Assembly: GCA_944384995.1 (NCBI GenBank)
Contig: CALWVN010000007.1
Coordinates: 4,348-68,347, forward strand
DNA from: an uncultured Clostridia bacterium
GTDB taxonomy: Bacteria; Bacillota; Clostridia; Oscillospirales; Acutalibacteraceae
Reading direction: 5' to 3'
DNA: 64,000 nt
Positions within the stretch are counted from its first letter, which is position 1; every line of letters starts with the position of its first letter. This document shows, piece after piece, positions 9,513 through 18,337 of the stretch. Under the pieces are notes generated by a model. It had not been told where the DNA came from. It worked only from the letters and a program-made list of their open reading frames with translations, and ran no database searches. Position numbers and translations under genes: made by a program.

Positions 9513-10394
9513 TCATTTCGCGTGTGTGTCCTGATATTTTTCCCGAATCTCGGCGGTTTTCGCATTTAAGCCGTCGCATAAAATATTTTCCAGGATCGAA
9601 CGCCGCACACTGCCCGAAAGCAGCGCAAGGGTCGTGGCAGCTTCGTTTTCGGTCATATAAAGCGAACGAAGCACGCCCTGCTGCACATCATTCTGCCGCA
9701 ATTCTTCAAAAGAAGTCACGCCGTATTGCAGCAAAAACGGATTGTAGCCGCCGTTTTTTAAATCTTTTTCCATATCGTCGAAAGCGTCCATGAGATACAC
9801 CCAGCGCCCAACGCAATAGGCAATGCGCTCCGTCACGCGGCGCTGCTCACCCTCGGGCATATGCGCCGTACAAAGCGCGGCAAGCGCCGAAGCGCTCGGA
9901 TCGGCGGCGCGGTCGGCACTGTCACACTGTGCCGCTTCAAGGGCCTGCTGTTTTTCCATGGAAGATGCGGCGATCTCTGCAAAATGCGGATAGCGTTTTG
10001 CCGCTTTTTTATAGCTTGCCCGTAACGCTATGCAAACAAGCGCGACCGCTGCCTTTTTTAGTCCTTTGGAATCGCGGCGGTCGTCGCGCGCTTTATGATA
10101 CGCAAGGATCACCGTCAGCGCTGCAGCGGCGCGGTAGCTTTCCGTGCAGTCGGTCTGATAGTTGCACACCTTCGCGGGATTGAACGGACAGCGGCCTTTT
10201 TTGTACTGCGGGGTACTGTCCGCCGCACAGTCGCGAAGCAAAATATAAAATGTTGCATCGTAGCTCAAAAGAAGACGGGACGTGATCCCGTATTCCTTAC
10301 CGAGCGTTTTGCAAAGCGTGCAGTAGACCGCCTTGTACTCCTCGTATTCACGCACTTTGAGCTCCGGCTTGAAGGTGCGCACATACCCGAACAA
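9513..10394 (-). CDS. DUF5685-like protein
   Basis: TTG start preceded by GGGAGGGAG. The N-terminus MFGYVRTFKPELKVREYEEYKAVYCTLCKTLGKEYG is characteristic of this Clostridia-restricted family. Confidence 0.7.
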   Translation of the reverse strand: MFGYVRTFKPELKVREYEEYKAVYCTLCKTLGKEYGITSRLLLSYDATFYILLRDCAADSTPQYKKGRCPFNPAKVCNYQTDCTESYRAAAALTVILAYHKARDDRRDSKGLKKAAVALVCIALRASYKKAAKRYPHFAEIAASSMEKQQALEAAQCDSADRAADPSASALAALCTAHMPEGEQRRVTERIAYCVGRWVYLMDAFDDMEKDLKNGGYNPFLLQYGVTSFEELRQNDVQQGVLRSLYMTENEAATTLALLSGSVRRSILENILCDGLNAKTAEIREKYQDTHAK

Positions 10395-10407
10395 GCTGCT
10401 CCCTCCC

Positions 10408-11268
10408 TTACAGGATGGACGAGAGATTGCGCATGATCGCGCCCGCGACCTCGGGACGGTTCATGGTATAGATATGGATGCCCGAAACGCCGTTGGCGAT
10501 AAGCTCAATGATCTGTTCGGTGGCGTAGGCAATGCCCGCCTGCTGCATCGCTTCGGGATCGTCTGCGAATTTGTCGACGACCGTTTTCAGCCGTGCGGGC
10601 AGCGTAGTGCCCGACAGCTTGCAGGAACGTGCGATCTGCTTGGGATTCATCACAGGCATGATCCCCGCGCAAACGGGAATATCGATCCCCTTTTTCAGCG
10701 CGCGGTACAGGAAGCTGTACAGCACGGAATTGTCAAAAAACATCTGCGTCACAAGGAAGTCCACGCCGCAGTCCACCTTGCGTTTGAGGTTTTCAAGGTC
10801 TTGCTCGGGGCTCAAAGCCTCTACGTGCCCTTCCGGGTAGCACGCGGCACCGACGGTAAACCCGCCGAATTTGCGTACTGCCGAAACGAGCTCGGAAGCG
10901 TAGCGGTAATGGTCGTCGTCCGGCGCAAAATTTTCCGGCAGATCTCCGCGCAGCGCCAAAACATTGCGCACGCCGCGCGCCTTGAGATCCGAAAGCACAT
11001 TATGCACGGTCTGCTTGTCGCTGGAGGCACAGGTCAGATGCGCCATGGCGGGGATGTGCAGATCGTTTTCGATATGCGCCGCGATCTTCGGCGTGTTGAC
11101 GGAGGTACCGCCGCCTGCGCCGTAGGTCACGCTGATAAAGTCCGGCGAAAAGGAAGCAAGCGCATCCACTGCCGCTTCGACCGGCGCATACGCCGCGTCG
11201 TTTTTCGGCGGGAACACCTCAAACGAGACGACAAGCTGCTTGCTGCGAAATTTTTCCATCAGATCCAT
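10408..11268 (-). CDS. metF: 5,10-methylenetetrahydrofolate reductase
   Basis: 286 aa. SFEVFPPKN...ISVTYGAGGGT...AHLTC...VRNVLALRGD are typical MTHFR motifs. Confidence 0.9.
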   Translation of the reverse strand: MDLMEKFRSKQLVVSFEVFPPKNDAAYAPVEAAVDALASFSPDFISVTYGAGGGTSVNTPKIAAHIENDLHIPAMAHLTCASSDKQTVHNVLSDLKARGVRNVLALRGDLPENFAPDDDHYRYASELVSAVRKFGGFTVGAACYPEGHVEALSPEQDLENLKRKVDCGVDFLVTQMFFDNSVLYSFLYRALKKGIDIPVCAGIMPVMNPKQIARSCKLSGTTLPARLKTVVDKFADDPEAMQQAGIAYATEQIIELIANGVSGIHIYTMNRPEVAGAIMRNLSSIL

Positions 11269-11449
11269 ACTCTACCGTCCAAACCGCGTTTTCCTCGCGA
11301 AAAACGCCGAAAATCCATCAATTGCACCATGTATCATAGCACAACTTGCCGCGAAGAACAAGGAAAACGGATATTTTTTCATATTGCGGACATCGGAATT
11401 TACAGTTTGTTAACAATCCGTTTGGAAATGTCGAGTTATACGGTACGCT

Positions 11450-11488
11450 GAAAAGCAAAGGAAAAGCGCATCCGAAACGGATACGCTT
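11450..11488 (-). terminator. Terminator of the B12-regulated gene pair
   Basis: On the minus strand: AAGCGTATCCG-TTT-CGGATGCGCTT followed by TTCCTTTGCTTTT. Confidence 0.65.
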
Positions 11489-11497
11489 TTTATGCAG

Positions 11498-12208
11498 TCA
11501 GAATGGGATGTTTCCCACATCGCCGGGCGAGCAGGTGTATAGAAATTCCAAAACATCGCCCGCCTGCAGCTTGCAGTATTTACTTGAATAGTTCATGAAT
11601 TCGCCGTTGATGCGGTAAAGCCAGCCGCTTTGCGCGCCGCAGTCTCGTTCCGAAAGGCCGCCGATGCTGCGCACATAGCCGCTTGACGAAGCAATCGAAA
11701 AAACGATGTCATTCTCCCGCAGCGTGCGTTTGAGCACGTCTAAGGCGGACTCCCCCGCTTTGATCTCAACGGCGGCGTTTTGCAGAAAATATCCGCTGGC
11801 AGGCAAAACGCCCGCAAAAGCGGGATCGTTTAAGATGCCGTAATCCACCGCCGTTTGGAAGCTGACCGTCAAGGTGACGGTATTGGCGGGTACTGCGGGC
11901 TGCTGTGCGGCAGTCGTCGGTACGGACACCGTCACATTGCCCGTACCGCTTTGCCCCGCGCCGTTATCCTGTGCGTTGCTCGGCGTGCCCTGCTTACCAC
12001 CCGCTTCGGCTGCCTGCGTCTGTACATTCTGCGCTTCGGTCGTGCCGGCGGCAGTGATCTGCGTTTCAGCGCTCGTTACAGTCTGCTCGGCTGCGGTCGT
12101 CGGGGCAGCGGCATTCTCCGCTTTGCCGCACGCACACAGGAGCAGCACAAAGACAAGTAAAGCGGCTACCCCGCGCAAAATACGTCTTTTACTCACCGCG
12201 TTACACAT
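11498..12208 (-). CDS. Lipoprotein with a C-terminal DUF4430-like (transcobalamin beta-domain-like) module
   Basis: Signal peptide with lipobox LLLCAC-GK, an Ala/Thr/Gln-rich linker, and a C-terminal ~110 aa (VTLTVSFQTAVDYGI...GWLYRINGEFMNYSSKYCKLQAGDVLEFLY). It overlaps the upstream gene by 8 nt. Confidence 0.7.
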   Translation of the reverse strand: MCNAVSKRRILRGVAALLVFVLLLCACGKAENAAAPTTAAEQTVTSAETQITAAGTTEAQNVQTQAAEAGGKQGTPSNAQDNGAGQSGTGNVTVSVPTTAAQQPAVPANTVTLTVSFQTAVDYGILNDPAFAGVLPASGYFLQNAAVEIKAGESALDVLKRTLRENDIVFSIASSSGYVRSIGGLSERDCGAQSGWLYRINGEFMNYSSKYCKLQAGDVLEFLYTCSPGDVGNIPF

Positions 12209-13331
12209 GTTTTTTCCGTGTTACCAGCACGGCTGCAGCAGCAAGCACCGCCAAAGCAGCAGCCGCGGGAACGGCGGCACCCGTATTGGGAATGTCCACC
12301 GTTTCGGCAGGCGGTTCGGATTCGCTTCCCGGCGCAGTCGTATCGGTCGCCGGCTCTGTTGTAGGCTCGGAAGCGCGCGCCGTATAGGTGAACAGGGTCG
12401 GTTCGCCGTTTTGGAAGCGCGCATAGGCTTCATACGCCTGCAAAAGCTGATAGGTCGTCAAGGGGTCTTCGGCGTTGGCGTAATTCAAGCCGCCGCCGTT
12501 TTCGGAAATAAAGCTTTCCAGCGCCACCACAGGCGACACGCCGTTTTTGCAGTATCCTTCGGCGGTCGGGTCGAGTCCGAGCGCGCACAGCGCCAAAATC
12601 ACCTGCGCCGTGCTCTCCCCGCTTTGGGTGCCGAATACCGCGCTTCCGAACGCACCGGTATCAAACTGCTGCGCTTTAAGATATACGAGCGCCTTGTCCA
12701 CCGCCTCGCGCACGGCTTCGTCCGTTTCATAATACGGTGCGAGCGCCTGCACCGCCATAGCGGTCGTGTCGCAGTCGGAAGAGATCCCCCAGCCTTCATC
12801 TACGCTGCAATAGGGGAACCCGCCGTCCGCCTGCTGCGCGGCAAGAAGCGTTGTAACGACACTCTGCTTTGTGCTGTCGGCAAATTCGAAAGAAGCGCTA
12901 AAATGCATCGCGAGCAGCGGGAAAGCAAGGCTGCTCAAATAAATCTGTGACGTATAATCCACCGTACCGAGCGCCGCGAGCAGGTCGTGCCCGCCGATAT
13001 TTTGCGCATCCAGTCCGCAGGCGGTCGTACTCAACACGATGCGTGCAAGGTCGCTCGGATAAAGCGAATCAAAGCTGTTCTTTACAGCTTCGTCGATATA
13101 ATCGGCATACGCCGCATCTGGCGCAGCGCCCGACTGCGCGAGCGTGAATGCCGTCCAGTCGATAAGGCTGTCGGGGTAGCTTGTGTCCGTATAATCGAAC
13201 TGCGTGTTGTCCGCGTTTTGCAGCCATGCGGTGAGCGCCCGCTGCGGATCGGCGGGCGCGGCAAACACGGTCGTCGTGAACAGCGCGCACACAAGAAGAA
13301 CAGACAAAAGAATTGAAAATACTTTTTTCAT
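12201..13331 (-). CDS. Secreted prenyltransferase/squalene-cyclase-repeat (alpha/alpha-toroid) protein with an LPXTG-like sorting signal
   Basis: Signal peptide MKKVFSILLSVLLVCALFTTTVFA. Repeats QQADGGFPY and QQFDTGAFG. The C-terminus is IPNTG, a hydrophobic stretch, then RKKHV. It lies directly downstream of a cobalamin riboswitch. Confidence 0.75.
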   Translation of the reverse strand: MKKVFSILLSVLLVCALFTTTVFAAPADPQRALTAWLQNADNTQFDYTDTSYPDSLIDWTAFTLAQSGAAPDAAYADYIDEAVKNSFDSLYPSDLARIVLSTTACGLDAQNIGGHDLLAALGTVDYTSQIYLSSLAFPLLAMHFSASFEFADSTKQSVVTTLLAAQQADGGFPYCSVDEGWGISSDCDTTAMAVQALAPYYETDEAVREAVDKALVYLKAQQFDTGAFGSAVFGTQSGESTAQVILALCALGLDPTAEGYCKNGVSPVVALESFISENGGGLNYANAEDPLTTYQLLQAYEAYARFQNGEPTLFTYTARASEPTTEPATDTTAPGSESEPPAETVDIPNTGAAVPAAAALAVLAAAAVLVTRKKHV

Positions 13332-13351
13332 GGCGTTGTCTTCCTTTCGTT

Positions 13352-13393
13352 TTGTTGCACAAAAGCGTATTTTTGTTGTACAAAAGCGTATTT
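13352..13393 (-). repeat. Tandem 21-nt direct repeat in the riboswitch expression platform
   Basis: Plus strand: TTGTTGCACAAAAGCGTATTT (13352-13372) and TTGTTGTACAAAAGCGTATTT (13373-13393), with one mismatch. The second copy contains the palindrome TTGTACAA. Confidence 0.9.
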
Positions 13394-13554
13394 AAGTGTC
13401 GCTTGACTCCTTTCCGCAAAAAAGCGGAGCTCGTGAGAGCCCCGCCTGATGCGAACAAAAGGAAGACGCCGCGCGCCTTTGCCGTTATATTCGCATACTT
13501 CTCTCCCACCGAAAGAATTTTGCTCAAGGCAAGGCGTGCCGCATTTCCGGCGCT

Positions 13555-13710
13555 CCTCACCTTCACTTACAGGCAGGTCTCCTGGCTTACGGCCTCCGAC
13601 GCCGCCGCCTTCCCAAAGCATTTGCTTCAGTGGCAAATGGCAGCGCCATACCGTTTACAGTAGCGGGGGCTGTCACGGATTCACACCGTGTTCCCTTTTC
13701 ACTTCGCCCA
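13555..13710 (-). promoter_or_regulatory. Cobalamin (B12) riboswitch aptamer
   Basis: The minus strand reads ...AAAGGGAACACGGTGTGAATCCGTGACAGCCCCCGCTACTGTAA...GCCACTG...GGGAAGGC...AAGCCAGGAGACCTGCC. All hallmark core blocks and the B12 box are present. Confidence 0.9.
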
Positions 13711-13759
13711 AAGCGTTCAACGCCGCGAAGCACCTGTAAGCAAAAATTGAAATTTTAAA

Positions 13760-16588
13760 TCAGAAGTTCTCGCAGAAGTCGGCGATCACCGGCGCATTGT
13801 CGTTCCAGTTATACTGCCCGCCGCCGCGGATCACTTCTTTTGCTATTGTACCACATTCTTTTGCATTTGCAAGCGTCGGGTTCTGCGCTTCGAGCGCCTG
13901 CAAAAGCGTTTTTCCATCCGGCACAGGTGCGCCGCAAAGCGCGGCGAGCGCGGCAAGAGCAGTCGGGAGCGCAGAAGTGAACGCCGCATGCTGCACGGCG
14001 CGCGTACCGTCAGCGCGCAGGTATGTGCCGTCCTGCGCCGTAAAGGGCGCGGTGAACAACTGCTCGGTCGCGGTTTCCGTATAGGCGTTGGAAAGCGCGA
14101 GGGTATATTCCGCCGTCACGGCAGACGGCTTTTTGCAGTCGAGCAAAATCGCCGCCTTTTCGCCTTGATAGTCGGTAACAGGCGGGATGCCGAGCAGGTT
14201 AAGCCCCGCAAAGCTTGCGCTTTGTTCCGTTACGTCGGCATAAACCGCCGGGAAATTCGCTTTGGCAAACGCTGCTTCCTCGAGCGTTGCCATAGGGCCG
14301 AGCACGACCGCCACGCTGTCGCCGTAAGAAGCGATCTTCGCACGGAACGCTGCAATCTGTTCTTCTGTCGCGGGCGGCATTTGCGTGTTCGCCGCCAAAA
14401 TGCCGAAGCGCCCGCCCTTGCACAGAAGCCCTTTTTCCCCTACGGGCAGCGAACGCATCACAGTCTTTCCAAGGAAACGTACATCGGTTTCGCACAGCGC
14501 CGCGCAGAAATTGCAGACGGATTTTACGCTGTTTTCTTTTACGGGCACGCGTTTTATGACAGGCTGTTTTTCGCGAAGCGCGCCGGTCGGGCAGACGGTA
14601 ACGCACTGCCCGCAGAACATACAGCTGCTCTTTTCCAGCGGCAGGGAAAATTCGGGGCTGACGACGGTGTCAAAGCCGCGTCCCAGAAGCCCTAAATTGG
14701 TTTTGCCCATGACCTCGTCACACACGCGCACGCAAAGCCCGCACAAAATACATTTATCGGTGTTGCGCGCGATGAGGGAATTGAGATCCTCCTCGTTGCG
14801 GTGATGCTTTTCGCCCGCAAAGCGTTCAGGTCTCACGTCATATTCGTTGGCATATTCGATCAGCTTGCACTCGAAATAATCGTGGCAGCCGCATTCAAGA
14901 CAGCGCATGGCCTCTTTCTTCGCCGCTTCCTCGGAAAGCCCAAGCGCGACCTCATCGAAGTCGGTTCGCCGTTCGCTTGCCGGGCGCACGGGCATTTCCA
15001 CGCGCGGCGCCTTGGGGAATTTTTCAAAAAATTCCACGGGCAGCGTGCGTTCCACCAAAAACGGCTTTTTATAGCGCGCTTCCTCGCCGTTTAAGAAGCG
15101 GTCGATCACAAGCGCGGCTTTCTGCGCTTCGCCGATGGCGGCGATGGCGATGGACGCACCGCGGTTGGTCATATCGCCCACCGCGAATACATTGGGAAGC
15201 GAGGTACGGAAGGTCTCTTCATCGGCGGCAACGGTATTGCGCTTGGTCGCCTCGACCGATTCAAAGCCCGCAAGGTCGGGCTGCTGGCCGATCGCCATGA
15301 TCACGGTATCAAATTCTGCGGTCTCCACCGCGCCCTCGATCGGTTCGGGGCGGCGTCTGCCGCTTAAATCCGGTGCGCCGAGCTGCATTTTCTGCAAGGT
15401 CGCTTGCACCGTATCGCCGCAGTCTTTAAATTCGACCGGCGTCGTCAGGAAACGGAATTCCACGCCCTCTTCGGTCGCTTCGCGGATCTCGATATCCTCC
15501 GCCGGCATTTCCTCACGCGAACGGCGATAGAGCACGGAGACGTGCTTTGCGCCCAGACGCACCGCCGTGCGGCAGGCGTCCATAGCGGTGTTGCCGCCGC
15601 CGACGACCGCCACGCGGTCGCCGATTGTCATCGGCTCGCCGAGCGCCACGGTGCGCAGGAAGTCAATGCCGCCCACCACGCGGGAGGCGTCCTCGCCGGG
15701 TACGCGCATCTCGCTTGAGCGCCATGCGCCCGCCGCGAGCACCACGGCATCATATTCGTTTTGCAGATCTTGGAGCGTCACTTGTTCGCCGACACGGACG
15801 TTATTTTGCATTTTCACGCCGAGCGCGGCGATCTGCGCGATCTCTCGGTCTAAGAGGGCTTTGGGCAGACGGTATTCGGGGATACCGTAGCGCAGCATCC
15901 CGCCCATTTTCGGCATCGCGTCCAATACGGTAACCGCATGCCCCTGACGGCGCAGGAAATAGGCCGCAGTAAGCCCGCCGGGGCCGCCGCCGACCACGGC
16001 GACGCGCTTACCCGTGTCGGGTTCGACGGAAGGAACAAACGGTGTGCTACTTGCCATATCCATATCGGAGGCGAAGGCTTTGAGGGCTGCGATGGAGATC
16101 GGCTCATCCACAAAGCGGCGGCGGCACTCCTTTTCACAGGGGTGCGGGCAAACGCGCCCGATGGACGAGGGCAGCGGGATCTTTTCTTTGATAAGGCGCG
16201 TCGCCTCGGTGTACTCGCCGTTGGCAATGAGCCCCACATACCCCTGGCAGTCCGTGCCCGCCGGGCAGGCTTTGGTGCAGGGCGCTTTGCAGTCGCCGTC
16301 ATGGTCGGACAAAAGCAGCTCCAATGCCATTTTGCGTGCGCGCACAACGCGCTCGGTGTCGGTATGCACGATCATGCCGTCGCGTACTTTGGTCGAACAG
16401 GCGCGCTGCAATTTGGGCGTACCCTCCACCTCGACAACACACAGCCCGCATGCGCCGTACAATTCCACCCTGCCGTCAAAGCAGAGGTTCGGGATTTTCA
16501 AGCCGTTTTTGGTGGCGGCGGCGAGCAGCGTCGTGCCCGCCTCCACCTGCAACGGGTGGTTATCTATGGTAATTTGAATCAAACTCAT
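13760..16588 (-). CDS. Multi-domain Fe-S flavoprotein: 2Fe-2S/NuoG-like N-terminus, GltD/NfnB-like FAD-NAD(P) module, NuoG-like 4Fe-4S clusters and a truncated molybdopterin-oxidoreductase-like tail
   Basis: Starts MSLIQITIDNHPL after GGAGG, with an ATGA overlap on the upstream gene. The GltD-type segment is CPHPCEKECRR...VAVVGGGPGGLTAAYFL...VVGGGNTAMD. Later comes CILCGLCVRVC...CMFCGQCVTVCP, then CNFCAALC...C (an Mo-bisMGD-type 4Fe-4S motif). No H-cluster motifs are present. Confidence 0.75.
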   Translation of the reverse strand: MSLIQITIDNHPLQVEAGTTLLAAATKNGLKIPNLCFDGRVELYGACGLCVVEVEGTPKLQRACSTKVRDGMIVHTDTERVVRARKMALELLLSDHDGDCKAPCTKACPAGTDCQGYVGLIANGEYTEATRLIKEKIPLPSSIGRVCPHPCEKECRRRFVDEPISIAALKAFASDMDMASSTPFVPSVEPDTGKRVAVVGGGPGGLTAAYFLRRQGHAVTVLDAMPKMGGMLRYGIPEYRLPKALLDREIAQIAALGVKMQNNVRVGEQVTLQDLQNEYDAVVLAAGAWRSSEMRVPGEDASRVVGGIDFLRTVALGEPMTIGDRVAVVGGGNTAMDACRTAVRLGAKHVSVLYRRSREEMPAEDIEIREATEEGVEFRFLTTPVEFKDCGDTVQATLQKMQLGAPDLSGRRRPEPIEGAVETAEFDTVIMAIGQQPDLAGFESVEATKRNTVAADEETFRTSLPNVFAVGDMTNRGASIAIAAIGEAQKAALVIDRFLNGEEARYKKPFLVERTLPVEFFEKFPKAPRVEMPVRPASERRTDFDEVALGLSEEAAKKEAMRCLECGCHDYFECKLIEYANEYDVRPERFAGEKHHRNEEDLNSLIARNTDKCILCGLCVRVCDEVMGKTNLGLLGRGFDTVVSPEFSLPLEKSSCMFCGQCVTVCPTGALREKQPVIKRVPVKENSVKSVCNFCAALCETDVRFLGKTVMRSLPVGEKGLLCKGGRFGILAANTQMPPATEEQIAAFRAKIASYGDSVAVVLGPMATLEEAAFAKANFPAVYADVTEQSASFAGLNLLGIPPVTDYQGEKAAILLDCKKPSAVTAEYTLALSNAYTETATEQLFTAPFTAQDGTYLRADGTRAVQHAAFTSALPTALAALAALCGAPVPDGKTLLQALEAQNPTLANAKECGTIAKEVIRGGGQYNWNDNAPVIADFCENF

Positions 16589-18336
16589 GCGTTTACCTCC
16601 ACGGCGCCGAAGTTGCAGTTTTCTGCACACTTGCCGCACTTGATACAAAGCGCCGGATCGATCTTATGCGGCTGCTTGACCGTGCCTGTGATCGCCCCGA
16701 CCGGGCAGCCGCGCGCACACTTGGTGCAGCCGATGCACTTTTCGGGGTTGATGGAATAGGTCGTGAGCGCTGCGCACTCGCCGGCGGGACAGCGTTTGTC
16801 GCGGATGTGCGCTTCAAATTCATCGCGGAAATAGCGGATGGTCGTGAGCACGGGGTTGGGCGCAGTCTGCCCCAAGCCGCACAGTGCGCCGTCCTTGATA
16901 CCGGCACAAAGCTCCTCCAAAAGCTCGATGTCGCCTTCCTGCCCGTTACCTTCGGTGATGCGGGTGAGGACTTCTAACATCCGTTTTGTGCCGAGGCGGC
17001 AGTGCACACACTTGCCGCAGGATTCTTTCGCCGTGAAATCAAGGAAGAATTTTGCCATGCCGACCATGCAGGTGCTCTCGTCCATAACAACCATGCCGCC
17101 GGAACCCATGATCGCGCCCGTGGCACCCAGCGCCTTATAGTCGATAACGGTATCCAAAAGGCTGTCGGGGATACACCCGCCCGACGGGCCGCCCATCTGG
17201 ACCGCCTTAAAGCGTTTGCCGTCGCGGATGCCGCCGCCGATGTCAAAGATCACGTCGCGCAGCGTTTTGCCCATGGGGATCTCGACAAGCCCGCCGCGGC
17301 GGATCTTGCCGGTCAAAGCAAAAACCTTTGTGCCCTTGCTGCCCTCGGTGCCCATGGCGGCAAACGCCGCGCCGCCGTTTTCGAGGATCCACGGGACGTT
17401 GGCAAAGGTCTCGACGTTGTTGATATTGGAGGGCTTGTGCCAATACCCCGCTTCGGCGGGGAAAGGCGGCTTTAAGCGCGGCATGCCGCGGCTGCCCTCC
17501 AAGGACTCGATCAGCGCGGTCTCTTCGCCGCAGACGAACGCGCCCGCGCCTGCCTTGATGCGCATTTTGCAGGAAAAGCTGCTGCCGAAAATATTTTCGC
17601 CGAGGCAGCCTTTTTCTTCCGCCTGTTTGATCGCGCGCGTAAGGCGCTGGATCGCAAGCGGATATTCCGCGCGGACGTACACGATCGCCTCTTTGGCGCC
17701 GATGGCATATGCGCCGATGAGCATCCCCTCTATGAGCCCATGCGGGTCGCCCTCGATGACGGCTCTGTCCATAAACGCGCCGGGGTCGCCCTCGTCGGCA
17801 TTGCAGATGAGGTATTTTTCCTCACCCTCGGCATTGCGCGCGGCATTCCATTTGAACCATGTCGGGAAGCCCGCGCCGCCGCGCCCGGCAAGCCCCGAGG
17901 TTTTGATCTCCTCGATGACCGTTTCGGGCGTCATTTCGAAAAGTGCGCGGCGGATGGCGGTGTAGCCGCCCGCGTTTTCGTATGCTTCGATGCTTTCGGG
18001 ATCGATCACGCCGCAGTGCCGCAGGGCGATGCGCGTCTGCTTCTCTAAAAACTGCGCGTCGTCGTCGGAAATTTTCAGATCCTCGATCGCCGCAAGGTCG
18101 TTGTTTTTCACCGCTTCGGCAATGCGTGGCGCATCCGCTTCGCCGACACGCGTAAGGCGCGTCAGCGTGCCGTTTTCGTCATACAGATCCACAATCGGTT
18201 CGGCAAAGCACATACCGTTGCAGCCCGTAACGGACAGCGCCGCGTTTTCGGGCAAAAGGCTTTCCAGCACGTCATAGACCTTCTGCGCACCTGCGGCAAT
18301 GCCGCATGAGCCCGCGCCCACAACGATCTTCATCAT
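16585..18336 (-). CDS. NuoF/HydB-like NAD(P)H-binding flavoprotein subunit
   Basis: Thioredoxin-like N-terminus, FMN/NADH motifs (GRGGAGFPT, YLICNADEGDPGAF), the SLBB/4Fe-4S region (ESCGKCVHCR) and a C-terminal 2x[4Fe-4S] ferredoxin domain. The start at 18336 is preceded by AAGGAGGG. Confidence 0.85.
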   Translation of the reverse strand: MMKIVVGAGSCGIAAGAQKVYDVLESLLPENAALSVTGCNGMCFAEPIVDLYDENGTLTRLTRVGEADAPRIAEAVKNNDLAAIEDLKISDDDAQFLEKQTRIALRHCGVIDPESIEAYENAGGYTAIRRALFEMTPETVIEEIKTSGLAGRGGAGFPTWFKWNAARNAEGEEKYLICNADEGDPGAFMDRAVIEGDPHGLIEGMLIGAYAIGAKEAIVYVRAEYPLAIQRLTRAIKQAEEKGCLGENIFGSSFSCKMRIKAGAGAFVCGEETALIESLEGSRGMPRLKPPFPAEAGYWHKPSNINNVETFANVPWILENGGAAFAAMGTEGSKGTKVFALTGKIRRGGLVEIPMGKTLRDVIFDIGGGIRDGKRFKAVQMGGPSGGCIPDSLLDTVIDYKALGATGAIMGSGGMVVMDESTCMVGMAKFFLDFTAKESCGKCVHCRLGTKRMLEVLTRITEGNGQEGDIELLEELCAGIKDGALCGLGQTAPNPVLTTIRYFRDEFEAHIRDKRCPAGECAALTTYSINPEKCIGCTKCARGCPVGAITGTVKQPHKIDPALCIKCGKCAENCNFGAVEVNA

Positions 18337-18337
18337 A

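Noticed and set aside
13760-16588. Annotating the 942-aa Fe-S protein as an [FeFe]-hydrogenase catalytic subunit or as formate dehydrogenase alpha
   Set aside because: No H-cluster signatures (TSCCPxW, MPCxxK, ExMACxxGCxxG) are present. The molybdopterin-like part stops about 250 aa after its 4Fe-4S motif, too short for a catalytic Mo/W domain.
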